The position numbers and the translations under genes were made by a program. Below are positions 14,801 to 35,918 of a stretch of DNA of 64,000 bases, one piece after another. Source of the DNA: the human T2T-CHM13v2.0 reference genome, Homo sapiens; assembly GCF_009914755.1 (NCBI RefSeq), contig NC_060928.1; one strand, given 5' to 3'. The notes below the pieces were generated by a model that was given only the letters and a program-made list of their open reading frames with translations, ran no database searches and was not told the DNA's origin. Numbering within the stretch: the first letter of the stretch is position 1; every line of letters starts with the position of its first letter.

Positions 14801-16014
14801 ATCAGAACAACTGAACATTTTGGCACATCCAATTACATGGAGCAACTACCAAATCTGTCGTAGGTTACAACAGAAGAGAATATTACCAAAAGATTGCATT
14901 AATTGATTTAATGTTGAGAATTTGGGGAACCTGGAGATACTCATGGGAACATCTCTGTGAGTCAGTAAATTGAATAAAATGTAAATGAATTAAATAAAGG
15001 TCATCTTTCCTAAAGGTGTTTTTCTAGGCATTTTGAGACATACATGATAACATAATCCTTGCCCTCTATTGCATGTAAAATAACACATGAAATAAGATTT
15101 TCATTGCAAATATCTCTAAATGATATTGGTATTTTTGTTGTTAGAATGTTGAAATGGGAAAACTACTTCCACTTGGGGGTTAGGTTAGCACATGTGTTAA
15201 GTCCCAAATATGGGCATGCTTTTAAGAAAATGAAATTAGGGTTAAAGAAATACCAGGCAGAGAGAAAGGTTGACAAGGAACAATGAGGTGAGCTAAGGAA
15301 TTAGAGAAAGCCATAATTGATTAACGAATCAGACTAGGGCCAAATCAAATTGAGTCATTAGTATCACCTTTAGAAATCTAGACTTAGGCCACAGAGAGCC
15401 AGTAAGGAATTTTAAGCAATGGAGACATAATATTTTGGTAGATTATAATGCACGAGAGAAAGTAGAGTTAGAAGAATCATAGAATAATACAACTTCAAAG
15501 AAATAGTACTTTCACTAGGGCAAATGGAGAGAGAAAGAGACAAGGTTAAGACAGAAGTGAAATAATTCGTTTGGATTTAGGTAAAGGGAAAATGATAAAA
15601 GATCAAGATGATTCTAATGTTTCTTAAAAGAAAGACACTGAAAACTACTTCTACCTTCTTTTTAGTGATACGTCAAGATTCACCTACAAACATAGGTGTG
15701 TCAAAAATCTATGTAAACATGGCAGTTGCATAGCAAAGACATATCTATTTTCTTTCAAAACATTACTAAAATAACAATAAGACAATCAAATTGTGCCAGG
15801 CTACTATGACAAAGACTGGCTCAAGTGAAGCAGTAGGTTGGAAGAGAGGAAAGCAGTGATACAGACCCACCCAAGAGGCAGAAGTTAGAGTATTTGTGCT
15901 TACATGGAAGCTTATCAATGAGAAGTGTCCAATTTGCTTCACAGATCCATTGGAGGTCTAAGGCTTAAGGAACTTAAGTGGAAGGGATATGAGGATATAA
16001 TTAAATGTTTATGT

Positions 16015-16412
16015 AGCTAACATTATGGTTTGACCAAATAGTTCCCTCTCTTTTTTATCTGGGCACAGGTAGGATTGTACTTCCTGAAACTGCCTGTGGG
16101 TGGGAGGGACCAGAAGATTCATCCTGGCTAATTAGATGTGGGATGAAATAACTTATTTAGGTCACTTCAAGTCAGAGGAAACAGTAGCCAATGTGAGACC
16201 CTCCAGAGACCTCTCTTCTCTACAGAATGGTTCCTAGCCAAATTTAAGATGATTGATGTTCCATCTTCATGAGTCCTTGAATGAGATGGAGAGAAATAAA
16301 ACTCAGTATGTAATAGGCATATGGTATATTAAGAAATTATTTTTTTTCTTAAAGTTGAATATTTTGGGTTCTTTTTTACTATAGCAAAACTTATTCTAGT
16401 TTGACTGATACA
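16015..16412 (+). mobile_element. MLT1 (MLT1I/J-like) MaLR LTR
   Basis: gccaatgtgagaccctccagag... and a 3' end ttactatagcaaaactt...gactgataca ending in CA. Confidence 0.6.
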
Positions 16413-16429
16413 ATCTAGGTGTAGAACAA

Positions 16430-18760
<2,331 letters not shown>

Positions 18761-19932
18761 TTTGTCAAGGTATTTGTTTTTAACATAGCTTTTTTCCTAA
18801 ATTCATTCAAATGCATTTTAGCAGGTGAATTTCCATAATTCTGCTATTCTGTGTAGATTATAGTCTTGGATAACAGGCAAATAGATATATAAATAATATA
18901 TGAAGCCTTATTTTCTGCAAAATTTTAGTATTATATCTGCATTATTCAGTACTATATGGATATTATAATACCATTGTACTATATATGTGTGTATATGATT
19001 TATTGTATCTTTAGTTATTTATCTTCTGCATCTATAGAATGGTTGACTTCAGAATAAGTTAGAACATCCTTTTATCCTATGTAATGGGTAAGATATGGTT
19101 AAAATAATTCAAATAATGTCTTAGTCTGAATTTTGTATTATATTAATTTTAAGCTTCCTGATTAATTTTGCTATTCTATTCATATGTCAAATGAGTAGTG
19201 TTAATCATCTCTAATGATCTGTGTCTAGCCTCAACATACAATATCATATCCTGCAGTTGTAAGTCTTTGAACAATATATCCATGTAACAAACTGCCCTTG
19301 TACTCTTTAAATTTATGCAGATTAAAAAATATCAAGTAAATACAAGTAGAACATCAAAGTTGATCATTTACATTATTTACATTACATTGGACAAATCATT
19401 TACACAAAATCAAACAAATGATATTTTATTTGCAAATTTAGTTATATAAGAATGTCCTTGCTATAAGGTTTGTGTTAAGATCTTTCATATTGAATATATC
19501 CATTTAAATAGATTGTTATATTACTACTGCTCACACACACATATTATCTCTACTGACCTCAATAACATCTTTGGCATCTCTTCAATTGTCACAAAGCTTA
19601 TCATGTTCACTTGCTGGCAATTTAGAGATTTCTAGCCTTTCCTTTGCATTAAATCTATAGCATTGACTTTTACTGACAAGTAAACTATATGTGACAGAAT
19701 TTATTCTTTTATGTGTGCTATCTAAAATCTTATTCATACTAAACTTTATTTGCCCTTCACAAGTCATGGTTTGTGTATATATTAAAAGCCATAGTAGTGT
19801 ACAAACCATCAGAATGTCCTGTGAAAATAGTTACATATATCTCTGAAATCTGTTCCTTTTACTCCATCCTACAACCACCATCCAGCCATCATCCCTCATT
19901 TGGACTACTGCAATAGTTCTATCAGCACTTAG

Positions 19933-21071
<1,139 letters not shown>

Positions 21072-22944
21072 AGAAACTCATTTTTTTTTCTGCCTTGTCA
21101 AGTTAAACTCACTGCTGTCATCTCAACAAAAGGATCATTTCCTGTCTCCTTGAACTGGTGAAATGCCTCTACTATATATTCTTGTAGTTACTGTTCACCT
21201 TTTTTGCAATATACTTGTTCCTAAAATATTTTGTTATAATTTGATTAACAGTCTTTAAAGTATGTATGTAGGGATTAGTGTTTACTCACCACATAAAGTT
21301 AATATGTATTCATTGAATCAATGGATGGTATAGTGAATATGTATGTTGGTTCTTAATCTTCTTATGACAAAGTTAAAATTAAAGTGAGTAGTGTTTTGAC
21401 TTATTGTTGTAGGCAAATAAGTTTACTTGTTTTTCTAATATCTGGGCAAAATAAGTATATATCACAATCTAATCTGTGGATTTCCTTTATTTTTGTCATC
21501 ACCCTGAGTATCCCATACTGTGTGACATTCATTAAAACCATTCTTTGTGTTTAAGTGATAAGCATCCTGAAAACATAACTTGAATAGATCAATTTGAATT
21601 TCGAAGAGCATCAAGCTGTGATCCTGAAAATCTTTCAAAGCCTTAGCCTTTTCTAGATTTGAGCATGCTGCCATCAATGAGAAGGTGGGGTTTATTTATA
21701 CAATGGGCAAAAAAAGAATAGCTGGTTGAATGATTGCCATTCATCAAAGAGTGATTAAACCACTCCAGTATCTCCTGTGGGGATGAAGAAATGAATCTAA
21801 TAGTTCTCTTCTTCTCAATAAACTTAAAAATTTTACAGAAGAAACAAGAATGATTCATAAAGTTATAATATGGAGTAGCAAGTGATACAGGTGCTCTAGT
21901 ATTTGAGTACATAATATTGCCAGTTTTACTCAGTCTTTTCAAAAATATTCTTTTAGCAAAAATCACATTCCTGGTTTTGAATGTTCAGGGGCTCCTCCAG
22001 ACTAGGAATCAGATCTAATTTAGGACTCCTATAAATTCTGTCCCATCTTTTACATTCTGGAATATTGTCAGCCTTCTCCATGTCTTTACATTTCTCTATC
22101 TTTAAAATAAAATTGATTGCTTTCATGGAATGGAGTCTGCCCACTGCTTTACATAATAAGTGCATGATATATTGTTTTAATTGAGTTTGCTGATCTGAAT
22201 TTTATGGAATGCTCTCTCTTCCCTTCATAATTCTTTTTTGTATGTTTTCAGGGTAAATGCTGGAGGGGCTCCAATTTGGAAGTGTTACATTATCAAGTTA
22301 AATCATAAGAGCAATTTATAAAAGAGATAGCTTGGAATTAAACTACAAAAGCTGCTTAAGGTAAAATATGCGAGGGAACTCTCTTGTTGCCATTGTGAGA
22401 CCCTGGAGAACAGATGGAACCAACTCTCAAGCTTCTGCTCGGGTACCTGCTGTTTAATTATACCCTAATTAATTAAAAGAAAGACTCCTACGTGGTTTCA
22501 GTAGTAGTGAGCGGGAGGGCAGTCAGAAAGAGATGCTTGAATTCAAACGACTTCCAAATTAAGACTAATAAGCTCAGGAAAGTAGTTACTACTTACTTAT
22601 TGTTGTCATTTTCCAAAAGCAGCTATCACAACAAGCGATTGACCTTCTGACACCCCACAAATTGCAAAGTATATCTTCTTTTCAATGACCAAGTTCCAAC
22701 AATATTTTATTAGAGTTCTAAGCAACACTACTAAATATCTAGAAAACATATGAGCACTTTCAAGACCATAGTAACACATATAAAATTAAATCTCAATGTG
22801 TGTTCCTTTAGTGGTCATTTCTTTTAAAAAATGCTTACACTCTTTACTTTGAGAAATTTGTTCCAAAAATACTATTTCCAGGTTGAGATTTTATCAAGTT
22901 AATTTCTCACCTGAGAAAACTTTCAATAAAAATAGCTAAATAAT

Positions 22945-23152
22945 GTATACACATGGACATACAGAGTGTGAAATAACAGCTATTGGATATTCAGGGAGGT
23001 GGGAGTGTGGGAGGGGGTGAGCGATGAGAAATTACTTTATGGGTACATTATTTGGGTGATGGTTACGCAAAAAGCCCAGACATCATCACTAGGCAATATA
23101 TCCATGTAACAAACCGCCCTTGTACTCTTTAAATTTATGCAGATTAAAGAAA
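22945..23152 (+). mobile_element. L1PB-type 3' UTR end
   Basis: acacatggacatacagagtg...gatgagaaattac...gggtgatggttacgcaaaaagcccagac...caatatatccatgtaacaaa. Confidence 0.85.
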
Positions 23153-25213
23153 TCAGGTAAATACAAGTAGAACAGATGAATGGAATGGTAGTGTAGCAGC
23201 ACTGTACTAATTATGCATTCACTAACAATTCATGGCCTTGCCATCCACATTGTGTGTATACGAGTGTGTGTTTGCATATATGTACACACTTATTCTCTGG
23301 CTCTCTGAATTTTGCTTAATGTTATTGTCATCAGAGAGTTACAAACAGTTTTTTGTTTTTTTTAGCTGTATGGCAAAAGACAGAAAGGCACATTTTGTAG
23401 AAACCAATCAACAGGTTAAAAACATGTTCATAATATGCATTGGGTAGGTCTGTGTAGACATTTATGCAACTGTTTGAAATGATTTCAAAGAGCATGGCAG
23501 TCTATGAGCCCAGGAGACATTCGCTAAAATGAAACTTGTGTCCATCAACTGTACTTTACATGGACAGTTTATTGGGAAACTTTAAATAACATTTTCATTT
23601 ATTTTATTGTTTTCTTATTTATTAAGGAGACTTCACAGAGCAGTAAAAAATCGAATCTCACACATCTTTCAATGTAGCCGTAGGGCCTAAGTCAATTTAG
23701 TAAGCCGGATAAAAACACATACACCAGAACTGGTTCAATAGTAGATATGCATGCAATAGATTTTAGTTTCCTTTATTACTCATAGGTTTCTATTTGGGGG
23801 TTGTAAAAGATAAATATTATAGAGAATGGAGTATGGTTGTCACTTGAAAAAGATTGAGATTATTCATTCATACTAACGTGAGTTACTGAGAGTGTTGATT
23901 TAAATAGATGGAGTTTCAAGAGTTCTTCCTCTTCTGCTCCATGAAATAACATAAAAAGAATTTAAGTTTTATGTTAATGTAGACTTGAAACATTCAATAA
24001 AAACCTCTTATTGTAAAAAATATTAATCAGGAGTTACTTCTACTGCATATGGATGTATTACACATAGAGTATTACTCAGAATCCCAGAATAGTGGCTCAC
24101 AAATCAATCAATTATATCCATGTTTGGACATAATCTTGGCTGACCACTATCTGATGCATTATATGATACACAGAGCTATAGAAAGAAGAAATTACAAAGC
24201 CAATTACTTGACTATTAACGTTTCAATGAATTCTTAACTCCCTAAAAGGCTGATATTATTTTATGCTTTATTCCTCATTAGTGAAAATGAGAAATAGTGT
24301 ATGTTGGAAAATCATGAATGACAGAAAATTTTATATAATTAAATGCTGATTTACCTGTAAAAAGTGACATGGGTGTGCTCAGATAATTAATCATGAAATT
24401 ATTTGTCTCATAGAATATTGTCAATGATTTTGGATTGTCTCTTTTGGTCACACTAATGGAATTCCAAATAGGAGATATATCGTGACCTAGAAGGAGTTCA
24501 GATTGACAACTGTTAGAATAAATACATTGTTGATAGAAGAAAAATAAATAAGCAGAAAAAAAATTGGGCAACTTTGCTCTATTCCCCTCTTTCAGGCAAA
24601 ATCCAATATGATATAGATTTTTGAGGACATATGTGATTAATAATTTTAACATAAAGATATTTATATATTTTAATTAGATGTTTCCCTTTTCTTGAGAGCT
24701 CTGAGAATTTAACATCCTAATGAGATTTGTAGGTATGTGCCCAGTCTCAGACACTGAAGGAGATTAGTTTGCCTGATTTCCAATGACAGCTTTTCACCAA
24801 CTGAAACTGCCAATCATGCTTTTCTGAGGCTATGCTGCTGTGTGCACAACCTCTGATGGCTTCATAGTATGAAGATTCCAGTGGAAATGTGGTCAGGATC
24901 TTTGTGTGGTTTTCTCCATACCCATTCACTGGTTTGTCAGTTTGGTTGATAGTTCATTTCTCTTTGAAAAAAAAGATCAATTTCTAGAGGAAGTCAGATA
25001 ATTGATTTGAAGAATTTACAAGAAGGCTTTTTAAGTTATAGTTTTTGCAGCTCAAGACTACTGTATTCTTGTGCACCAGTAAACCCGATTTTTCTCATAA
25101 ATTTGTATAGGTAATAATTTCTAAGTACTTTTTCCAAAATCAGGGATTATCCCCTATCTTAGAGATAATATTCTAAGAACTCTAGTTATAGGAGGGAGGT
25201 GGGGGAAAGAGAA

Positions 25214-25214
25214 A

Positions 25215-25241
<27 letters not shown>
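25214..25241. repeat. (AG)n microsatellite
   Basis: About 13 AG units, seen directly. Confidence 0.95.
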
Positions 25242-25246
<5 letters not shown>

Positions 25247-25752
25247 CTCACAGAACTACAGAGAAACAGATGAAGAAATTATCTTCAAGCTTCCTTAAAT
25301 CCTGCTCTAAATGACGTTTCTCTTATATCTGATATTAACTAAAGTCAAAGTATCTTAAATACCTTTCATTATCAGCTCAGCATGGGTTGCTCCACTGTGG
25401 TTTGAGGTATTATATGATTTCTGAGCATAAACTGAGCACTTCTTTACTCTGGAGTCAGCCTCTAATGAATTTTTCCATTCATTTTTCTTTAGAAGACCAA
25501 CAAGATCTTTGCTGTTAGATCATAAGGGAGGCAATATTGGAGGCTAGTTGTCAATGGCTTTATTTCCCATTTTTATGTTGAAAATGCATCCTCATAATAT
25601 ATTCAAGTATTTCAGATTAAATCAAATGTCTTGTTTGTAGTAATGAGACATGTTAAAATATATTCTCACAGAAACCATGCAAATTTACATGGGAGCAGGC
25701 GGCTTTAGGGGGAAATGTTTTGCAGATTAAGAAATTTTTTATTATATTCTAA

Positions 25753-26850
<1,098 letters not shown>

Positions 26851-26869
26851 TAAATCTTTTTTCCTACCC

Positions 26870-27285
26870 TGCTGACTCTTTGAATCATATCACCAGTTGA
26901 CTTCAACTAATGGGGATCACTAGCAAGAGATTGGAAGGTAGGAAGAGAAGGAGATTTGGAGATTTCTTACCCACTTTTTTTTTTTTTTTTGACTTTGGAG
27001 GCTCACTTCTGGCAGTATCTGCATTCGTTCATGACTACAGATCTTGCCAGCCAGCCACTCTCCCAGGTTCCAGCCCTTACTGGGTTTCAGGAACACGATT
27101 TTCTCCTATTGCCCATTCAGAACTAGAAGAAGCATTTCTCTACTGTTGCTGATCTCTGCTTGCTACAGTAGCTCTTGTTGACTTCTTGAATCCTGCCAAA
27201 ACCTCTGTAAATTGCCCTTTGTGAATGTCTCTTAATTTGAATCACCTGATTTGAATTCGTTTTCTGTTAGGGCCCTGACTAATGA
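26870..27285 (+). mobile_element. LTR33-like ERVL LTR
   Basis: aatggggatcactagcaagagattggaagg...ctctgtaaattgccc...ttttctgttagggccctgactaat. Confidence 0.6.
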
Positions 27286-27289
27286 TAAT

Positions 27290-27560
27290 AACAATAATAT
27301 TAACACTAATAGGCAGGTTTTATAGAATGCGTACAACATGTTAGACATTGTGCTAAATGTTTTTATATGTGCTATTTAATTGAAACTTTGAAAATTCTTA
27401 GGTGATAGACATTATTATCTTTATTTTATAGAGATTAAGTTGAGGTTTAGAAAGGGCATCATTGCCCAAGTTCTCTCCAGCTAATTAGGGAGCATCAGGA
27501 CTCAACCTAAAATGTCTGACTCTGAAGCTTGTACTTTTAACCCCTCTGCAATGCTGCTTA
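27290..27560 (-). mobile_element. MIR
   Basis: gacattgtgctaaatgttttt...attattatctttattttatagagattaagttgagg...ttgcccaag...ggactcaacc. Confidence 0.75.
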
Positions 27561-28599
27561 ATATGTGAGACTTTCAAGATTGTGCTCTGGTTTACTACTG
27601 GCAAATCTAAATCTCTGAAGGGTGTTCTGTAACCAGATAAATAAGAAAAAAGTAGTATTTTGTTTAATTCCACAAATATTTACTAAATCGTTACTATATG
27701 TTCAGCATTATTCTAGGGCTTAAAAATGTGAAGATAAAAATGCTCTGCTTCCAGATACATTTATAGTTTGATAGGAGCATTAGACACCATAAACACATAC
27801 ATTCAATAATGTTTTACAAGTAAAGTATAAATATTTACAAGCTACAGAGTAAGAATATTGGAGCAGAATGGTGTGTCCCTGTTAACTCTTCAGGATTTCA
27901 TATTCAGTTAGTCAAATGATGTGTATTCACTATGGAATTCCAGCACACTGAGCTTAACCATACTTACTCCATGCATTCACAGTGTTTCACATTCTCTTGT
28001 TGGAGGAAACAGTCATGTGATTACCTTTGTCAATCAAATGCTCATTTGTCTGTCTCTTATCAAATTCTTTATTTATAGACTGGCATTCTTTGTGGATTCA
28101 AATATTAGAATTTATAGACTTATAAAATTCAACTTGGCCAACATCCCAATTATACTTAGAGAGAATAAAAAATAGAATAACAGATAATAGTCTATTTTTT
28201 TTTCTTCTGGATTCATTTTCCTCTGTGCTGATGTTAAAGTACTAAGAGTTTAGTAGATTACAAGTATCAAATTTTGTCTAATATAAAATTCATAGATTAT
28301 AAGTTGCACCAGTATTTACATATCCCTAAGAAAGAAATGGTGTTGACATTAATGTTTAACACAGTGCTTTCTTATTACTTAAAACTTGCATTTTTGTATT
28401 TATTGAAATAGTAATTTTAGGATTAAATATTTTTACAAAAGTAACAGCTGTGGATATATATAAAAGGAAAATGTAAACAAAATAATTTGGTTAAGACATT
28501 TATAATTTCTTCCCATTAAGAGATTGGGCTTTGTGAATTTACTTTTTTACTGAGTCATCACTGTCCTTATTTCACCACACAAGTTTTGAAGTTTGAACT

Positions 28600-28735
28600 T
28601 ATTTTTCTTATTTCTAAAATAGTGATAATAATAGCATCATCTCCCATGGGGTTGTTGGAAGTGTTAGGTGAAATGAGACATGCAAAGTGGTTAGCATACT
28701 GCATGGTACACAATAAACAATACTATTAGTTATTA
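28600..28735 (+). mobile_element. MIR 3' half
   Basis: taaaatagtgataataatagc...ggggttgttggaag...catgcaaagtggttagcatac. Confidence 0.7.
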
Positions 28736-28986
28736 ATTTGTTCTTGTTTTTCTTATCGTATTCTCTTCAAGTCAGCATTTGATAAATGGTGAAAACAAAA
28801 TAAAAGTGGTGAAGACAAAAATCTTTTAGTAGGCAGGTAGTCATTTTGTCTCACTATTCCTCACCTGCTTGCTCTAGATTATAAACAGTTTTGTCTTGAG
28901 AGCTACAACTAAGATGAGGCCAGCTGCTTGATTCTGGTTAAGTCCATAACTTCTCTAAGTCTGAAATTGCTGCTTTGTAAAAAATC

Positions 28987-31438
<2,452 letters not shown>

Positions 31439-33734
31439 AAAAAATCAGGATAATAAACATTATCCCAAATAATTATCTATTATAAATATGAATTTCATAA
31501 ATATTGGTTGAATGTGTCTTAAGTCTCTTTTGAAAGAGAAGAACACAGAAATATTCATTTCCCAGAAAAACCATACATTGTTTCCTGGAGCCTCAAAATA
31601 AAGACTCGTTAAGGAAAATAATAGGATTTTAATGTCTTTTTTCCCCTGCACTCTCTAGTTAGATGCCAATCGTTAGCATGTCAAAAGTCATTTTCCTTGT
31701 GTAACCTCTGTGATCAAGGGGCAGTGCCTGTGGTAAAAAGCACATTCTAAGATGCAAATCACAATGTTCTAAGCAACGGCAAACAATATTCAGATAAGCT
31801 TTTGCATTGCTTCTTCCAGTTCAGAGGATCTGAGGGTTGCTGTTGTGCCTCCTGATGCAGTCAGTTACCTGAAAGTGTGAAGTTCATATTTTGCCCTGGT
31901 GCCCCTCACCAACGATGATGAGTAATGCACTAATCGTTCCCCAAATCTTACATGTTCAAAGTTCACTTGAGTATAGGAGGGTGGCATGTATGAGCTCTGA
32001 ATTGATTTTTCTCATGTTTAGGCTAGGAAAATGATTTTTCAGCAAAATTGACTCCACTTTACAATTTTCCCTTCCATAATTTACAGTGCTTTTATTTTTT
32101 CCCTTAAAAATAAGTAATTTCATTTTCTCCTTCTTTGATTGCTTTAAAAAATAGTGACCTGTTACTTAAAAATTAGTGCAAATTTGGAAAAGCCATCTCT
32201 TCCCTTTTTATATTCATCCACCCACATTTCTTCCATTTTTCATTACCTTTAGGCAGACAATTAAACAAATACATAAATAAAAATCCTCTACCCTGATAAC
32301 AGTTATTTGACAAATATTTTACCAGGAATATTTTCATTCATAGGTAAATACATAAAGAGACAAACGATGTGTAATATGCATTTTAGTTTCATCTCCTTAT
32401 TTTCTAAATTTAGAGCACATTATTTATTTTAGGCCACAAAAGTCTAGTATTTTCTGTTGTGACTACTTTATCCTCTTGCCTTGGGATGGTTATTTAAAAA
32501 TAGCTATTTCTTATTATGAATGGGTATCTACGGAAATAACTAAGGGCTTTAAAAGGATTACTGATAGAAATGAAGTGAATGCATGTGTAAATATCACATA
32601 GCAGCACCTAAACATTTTCCTGACTATCATCTGAGTGAAATAAAATTTCAAGGAAATCTCAGGTGATTTTAGAGATGCTGTCAGAATTTTTTTGGTCTTT
32701 TATTCACTATACAGCAATATAAAATTCTCTCCATTGAACTTTTTTACTTTTGAAGTGTGAACATCAGTATATTTCCATGGAGGATAAAAAGGACTTTAAA
32801 AATTTCAGTTGGGCCTTGCTTTAGAGGTTGCATTCTCTATAAACTCACAAGGCAGGAATATAATACTTATTTATATTAACTGACAGGGAGTTTCTGATTT
32901 AACAAATATAATGTATTATTCTTTTAATATCAGCACTTGCTGTACATAAGCATTGTTTAAAAGTAATTTATATTTCTATAAAAGTACCAGGATGGAGACA
33001 TAATGTGGCAGATAAATCTGAAACTAAAATTTTAGGGGTAAGTGATGTTCTAAAATCAATCAGAAATATTCATAAGGTTTCATGCATAAAATAAGTCAAC
33101 TTTAGCTACTGTAATTTAATTTACAAAAATAATTTGCAGTCATGTTTAGTCAGTTAATCTACTTGTTATAAAAATATGCCACTAACTGAATTATGCAAAT
33201 AACTCATTCATATAACTCCTGGATGAAATCATTTACCAGGTATATCCAACTTACTCTACTATAATAAGATTACCACACTTTTTCTGTTGTGGTTTTTAAC
33301 ATTTTTTATTTGATAGAATCCTCCTACTTTGATTTTCTGCACTGATCTGTTTTTGTTCTCTATAATATCCTTCATTTTATATTTATCTGACTTCTAATTT
33401 TAGCTCATAGTTTCTTTAAACTGGTAGTGATATCCAGAGGCTTTAGTAGATTTAAGATAAACTTGGGGGATAAATATGTTCTAAAGGTGGTTATGAGTAT
33501 TTCCTACTACCTGAATTTATAAGATACATATCTCTATGTATCAAACTTAGAAATTGTTTTAGTTTTATCTTCCATTGTAAATGTCCTTATCAGTATTTCA
33601 CTCTAATGATTTTTAACTTCAGACATTTTTAAAACAATCATTTCATTCGGGTCTACAAATGATTAGTTTCTAAACTAAAGTTTTCCTTGTATTTTTTTTA
33701 GGAAGAATTCTTTTTGTGTAGCTACTTTTGGCTC

Positions 33735-33874
33735 TAAAATGAGGGTGTCCAAACAAGCTGTCATCTCTACACCCCACAGAAAACCAAAACAAATATACAG
33801 CACTGAGATTTTACTAGCAACAACCTAGAACTCAAATGTGAGAATGGGGCTAGGGCCACAGAGAAGTGAAAAAA

Positions 33875-33905
<31 letters not shown>

Positions 33906-34065
33906 AAAGAAAAACACCGATAAGTTAGGAGAATCTGGCTTCACAGCCACAATTTTATGCGACAAGCTTGTGGAAAATTTTTCCCAGCTCATGGTTTCTA
34001 TGCTGGAAAAAGTGAGTTTGAGGGGTTCAACCAGCTTTCCTCTCATCTTAGGTTCCCTGGCAGAC
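33735..34065 (+). mobile_element. Probable old L1M 5' region containing (TAAA)n
   Basis: Recalled similarity to L1M 5' UTR. About 8 TAAA units at 33874-33905. Confidence 0.4.
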
Positions 34066-34079
34066 TTGTCTCATATATA

Positions 34080-35100
34080 CTTTGATGGCCTCTTTCTTTC
34101 AGAACATCAGTAAACCATTCAATTAAGATATACTTCCCTTGGACATGATGAGAAGGAAAGAGCATCTTCTCTAGACACATTAATAATATACATGTGTGCC
34201 AGAGGCAAGGAGACGAACGACACATAAATTGTGGTCTGCCGCTACAGTGAAATTTCTGTAGTCCAAGTGTCTGGGGCACGTTGAGATATGACTTCCAAAT
34301 ATAGTTGGTGTATCTGGAAATGGGTTGATACTTACAGAATTTATTGATTTCTCATGCTCTGCAGCACCCTATAGAGAGAGCATAATGCAACAGTGAAAAG
34401 GCCTTTAGAAGACTGAGTTACTGGGCCAGCTGCCTGCATCACTTGGTGGGGCTGGAATGATGTTCCCTAGGGTGCAGTCTATGTTGTAAATCAGTGAACT
34501 AATATTTGGCTTTCTTTCTCCCATAGCAGATACTCATAACTCAGGAAAAAGGGGCTAAAATTGAGGGCTATTCGCTCACTCTTATCCCTAGTAAATGAAT
34601 ATCAGTGAAACTTGCACTTTCTATCCTCATGTCTTTGGGTTCTGCTGCTTGATAAGTCTAGTTCCCTCCCAAGGGATGACTACTTCCACCAGGGAGCACG
34701 ACAATTGTTTCATTAAACTTGAAGTTGAGATTGCCATTTGGCCACTTTAAGATTCTCATTATAGTAAATCCACTGACAAAGAAAAGCGTTACTGTACTCT
34801 CTTGGAAAATTGACCCTGACTCTTAAGGAGAAATTAAGTTGCTACTATGGGATCAGGAGACACATGTCTGGAATGAAGTAGATACCCTGGATGTTCTCAT
34901 GTTCTCTATACAGCAAATGGATAAATACAACTCAATAAAAGCAGGACTGCTAAAGACTAGACCTTTCAAAAATGAAGGCTTGTGTCAACCTCCTAGGCAA
35001 GAAACCATGACCTACTAAGGAGCTGGCTGAGAATAAAGAAAATATGGAAGTGTCAAATTATACACATCAGCTATGCCTTAGTACCTATGAGTATTTATTT
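34080..35100 (+). mobile_element. ERVL/MaLR-type internal fragment, decayed
   Basis: tttctcccatagc..., ttccaccagggagcac...ttcattaaacttgaagttgagattgccatttggccacttt resemble ERVL internal sequence. Confidence 0.6.
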
Positions 35101-35254
35101 CTTCCTCATTTTAATGTGAATATGTGTGTGTGACTCACCATTTTCTTTTTTAAAATTCTGTACTCCTGCAATAAGTATAGCATAAAGCATGTTGACAGTA
35201 CTTAACCTTATTCAACATTTAAAGTGTCCCTCAGATAGACGTGGACATTCAAAA

Positions 35255-35423
35255 GTGTTAAAGAGCCCAGCCAACATCACAAGAGCTGCCTACCTGATGC
35301 ACTGCTGGCCAGAGATGTAAGAATAAGCTCAGCAGAAATCAAAAGAGCCACCTGATACATAGACTTCTGAGTGCTAAAAACTGGTTGTTCTTTTAAGCCA
35401 CTCAGTGTTGAAGTGGTCTGTTC
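35255..35423 (+). mobile_element. MLT1 LTR 3' part
   Basis: ggttgttcttttaagccactcagtgttg...caatagctaactgata is a typical MLT1 end. Confidence 0.65.
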
Positions 35424-35439
35424 ATCCCAATAGCTAACT

Positions 35440-35918
35440 GATAAGAAATCCAGCAATGGACAGTGTTAAGGAGGAGTGTATACAGAGGAGGGTGATTGAC
35501 CGGGCAAGAGGTCCAGAAATCAAGCTGTATAGAATAGATTGAAAGGATAAGTACATTTGTCATAGAAAGAAGGAATTTTAGGAAGGATATAGTGGCTCTC
35601 TCAACATAATTGATGAGCTGTCAGTAAAAGGGGGCTATATTTACCCAGCATAAACTCAGAAGGCAAAATGGTAAACACTAGCAGATATTAGATGGCAGGA
35701 GATATTGAAACAGAACTATATAAATTGCAGAACTAGCTCAAATTTATATATCAAGGATTGTGCTTTACAATGCAGTCAGTTTTCTGTCACTGGAAATGTT
35801 CACACATAGAAAGGATGACCTTTTGACAGGGCTGTTTTGAAAGGAAGTTTCTAGTTTGGTTTAGAATTTTGACTAGGTGACATATAAGATGGCTTCTAAC
35901 CTCAAAATCTTATGTTTG
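35440..35918 (+). mobile_element. CR1/L3 LINE 3' end
   Basis: ctgtcactggaaatgttca...tgactaggtgac...ttctaacctcaaaatcttatg matches the L3 terminus pattern. Confidence 0.65.
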
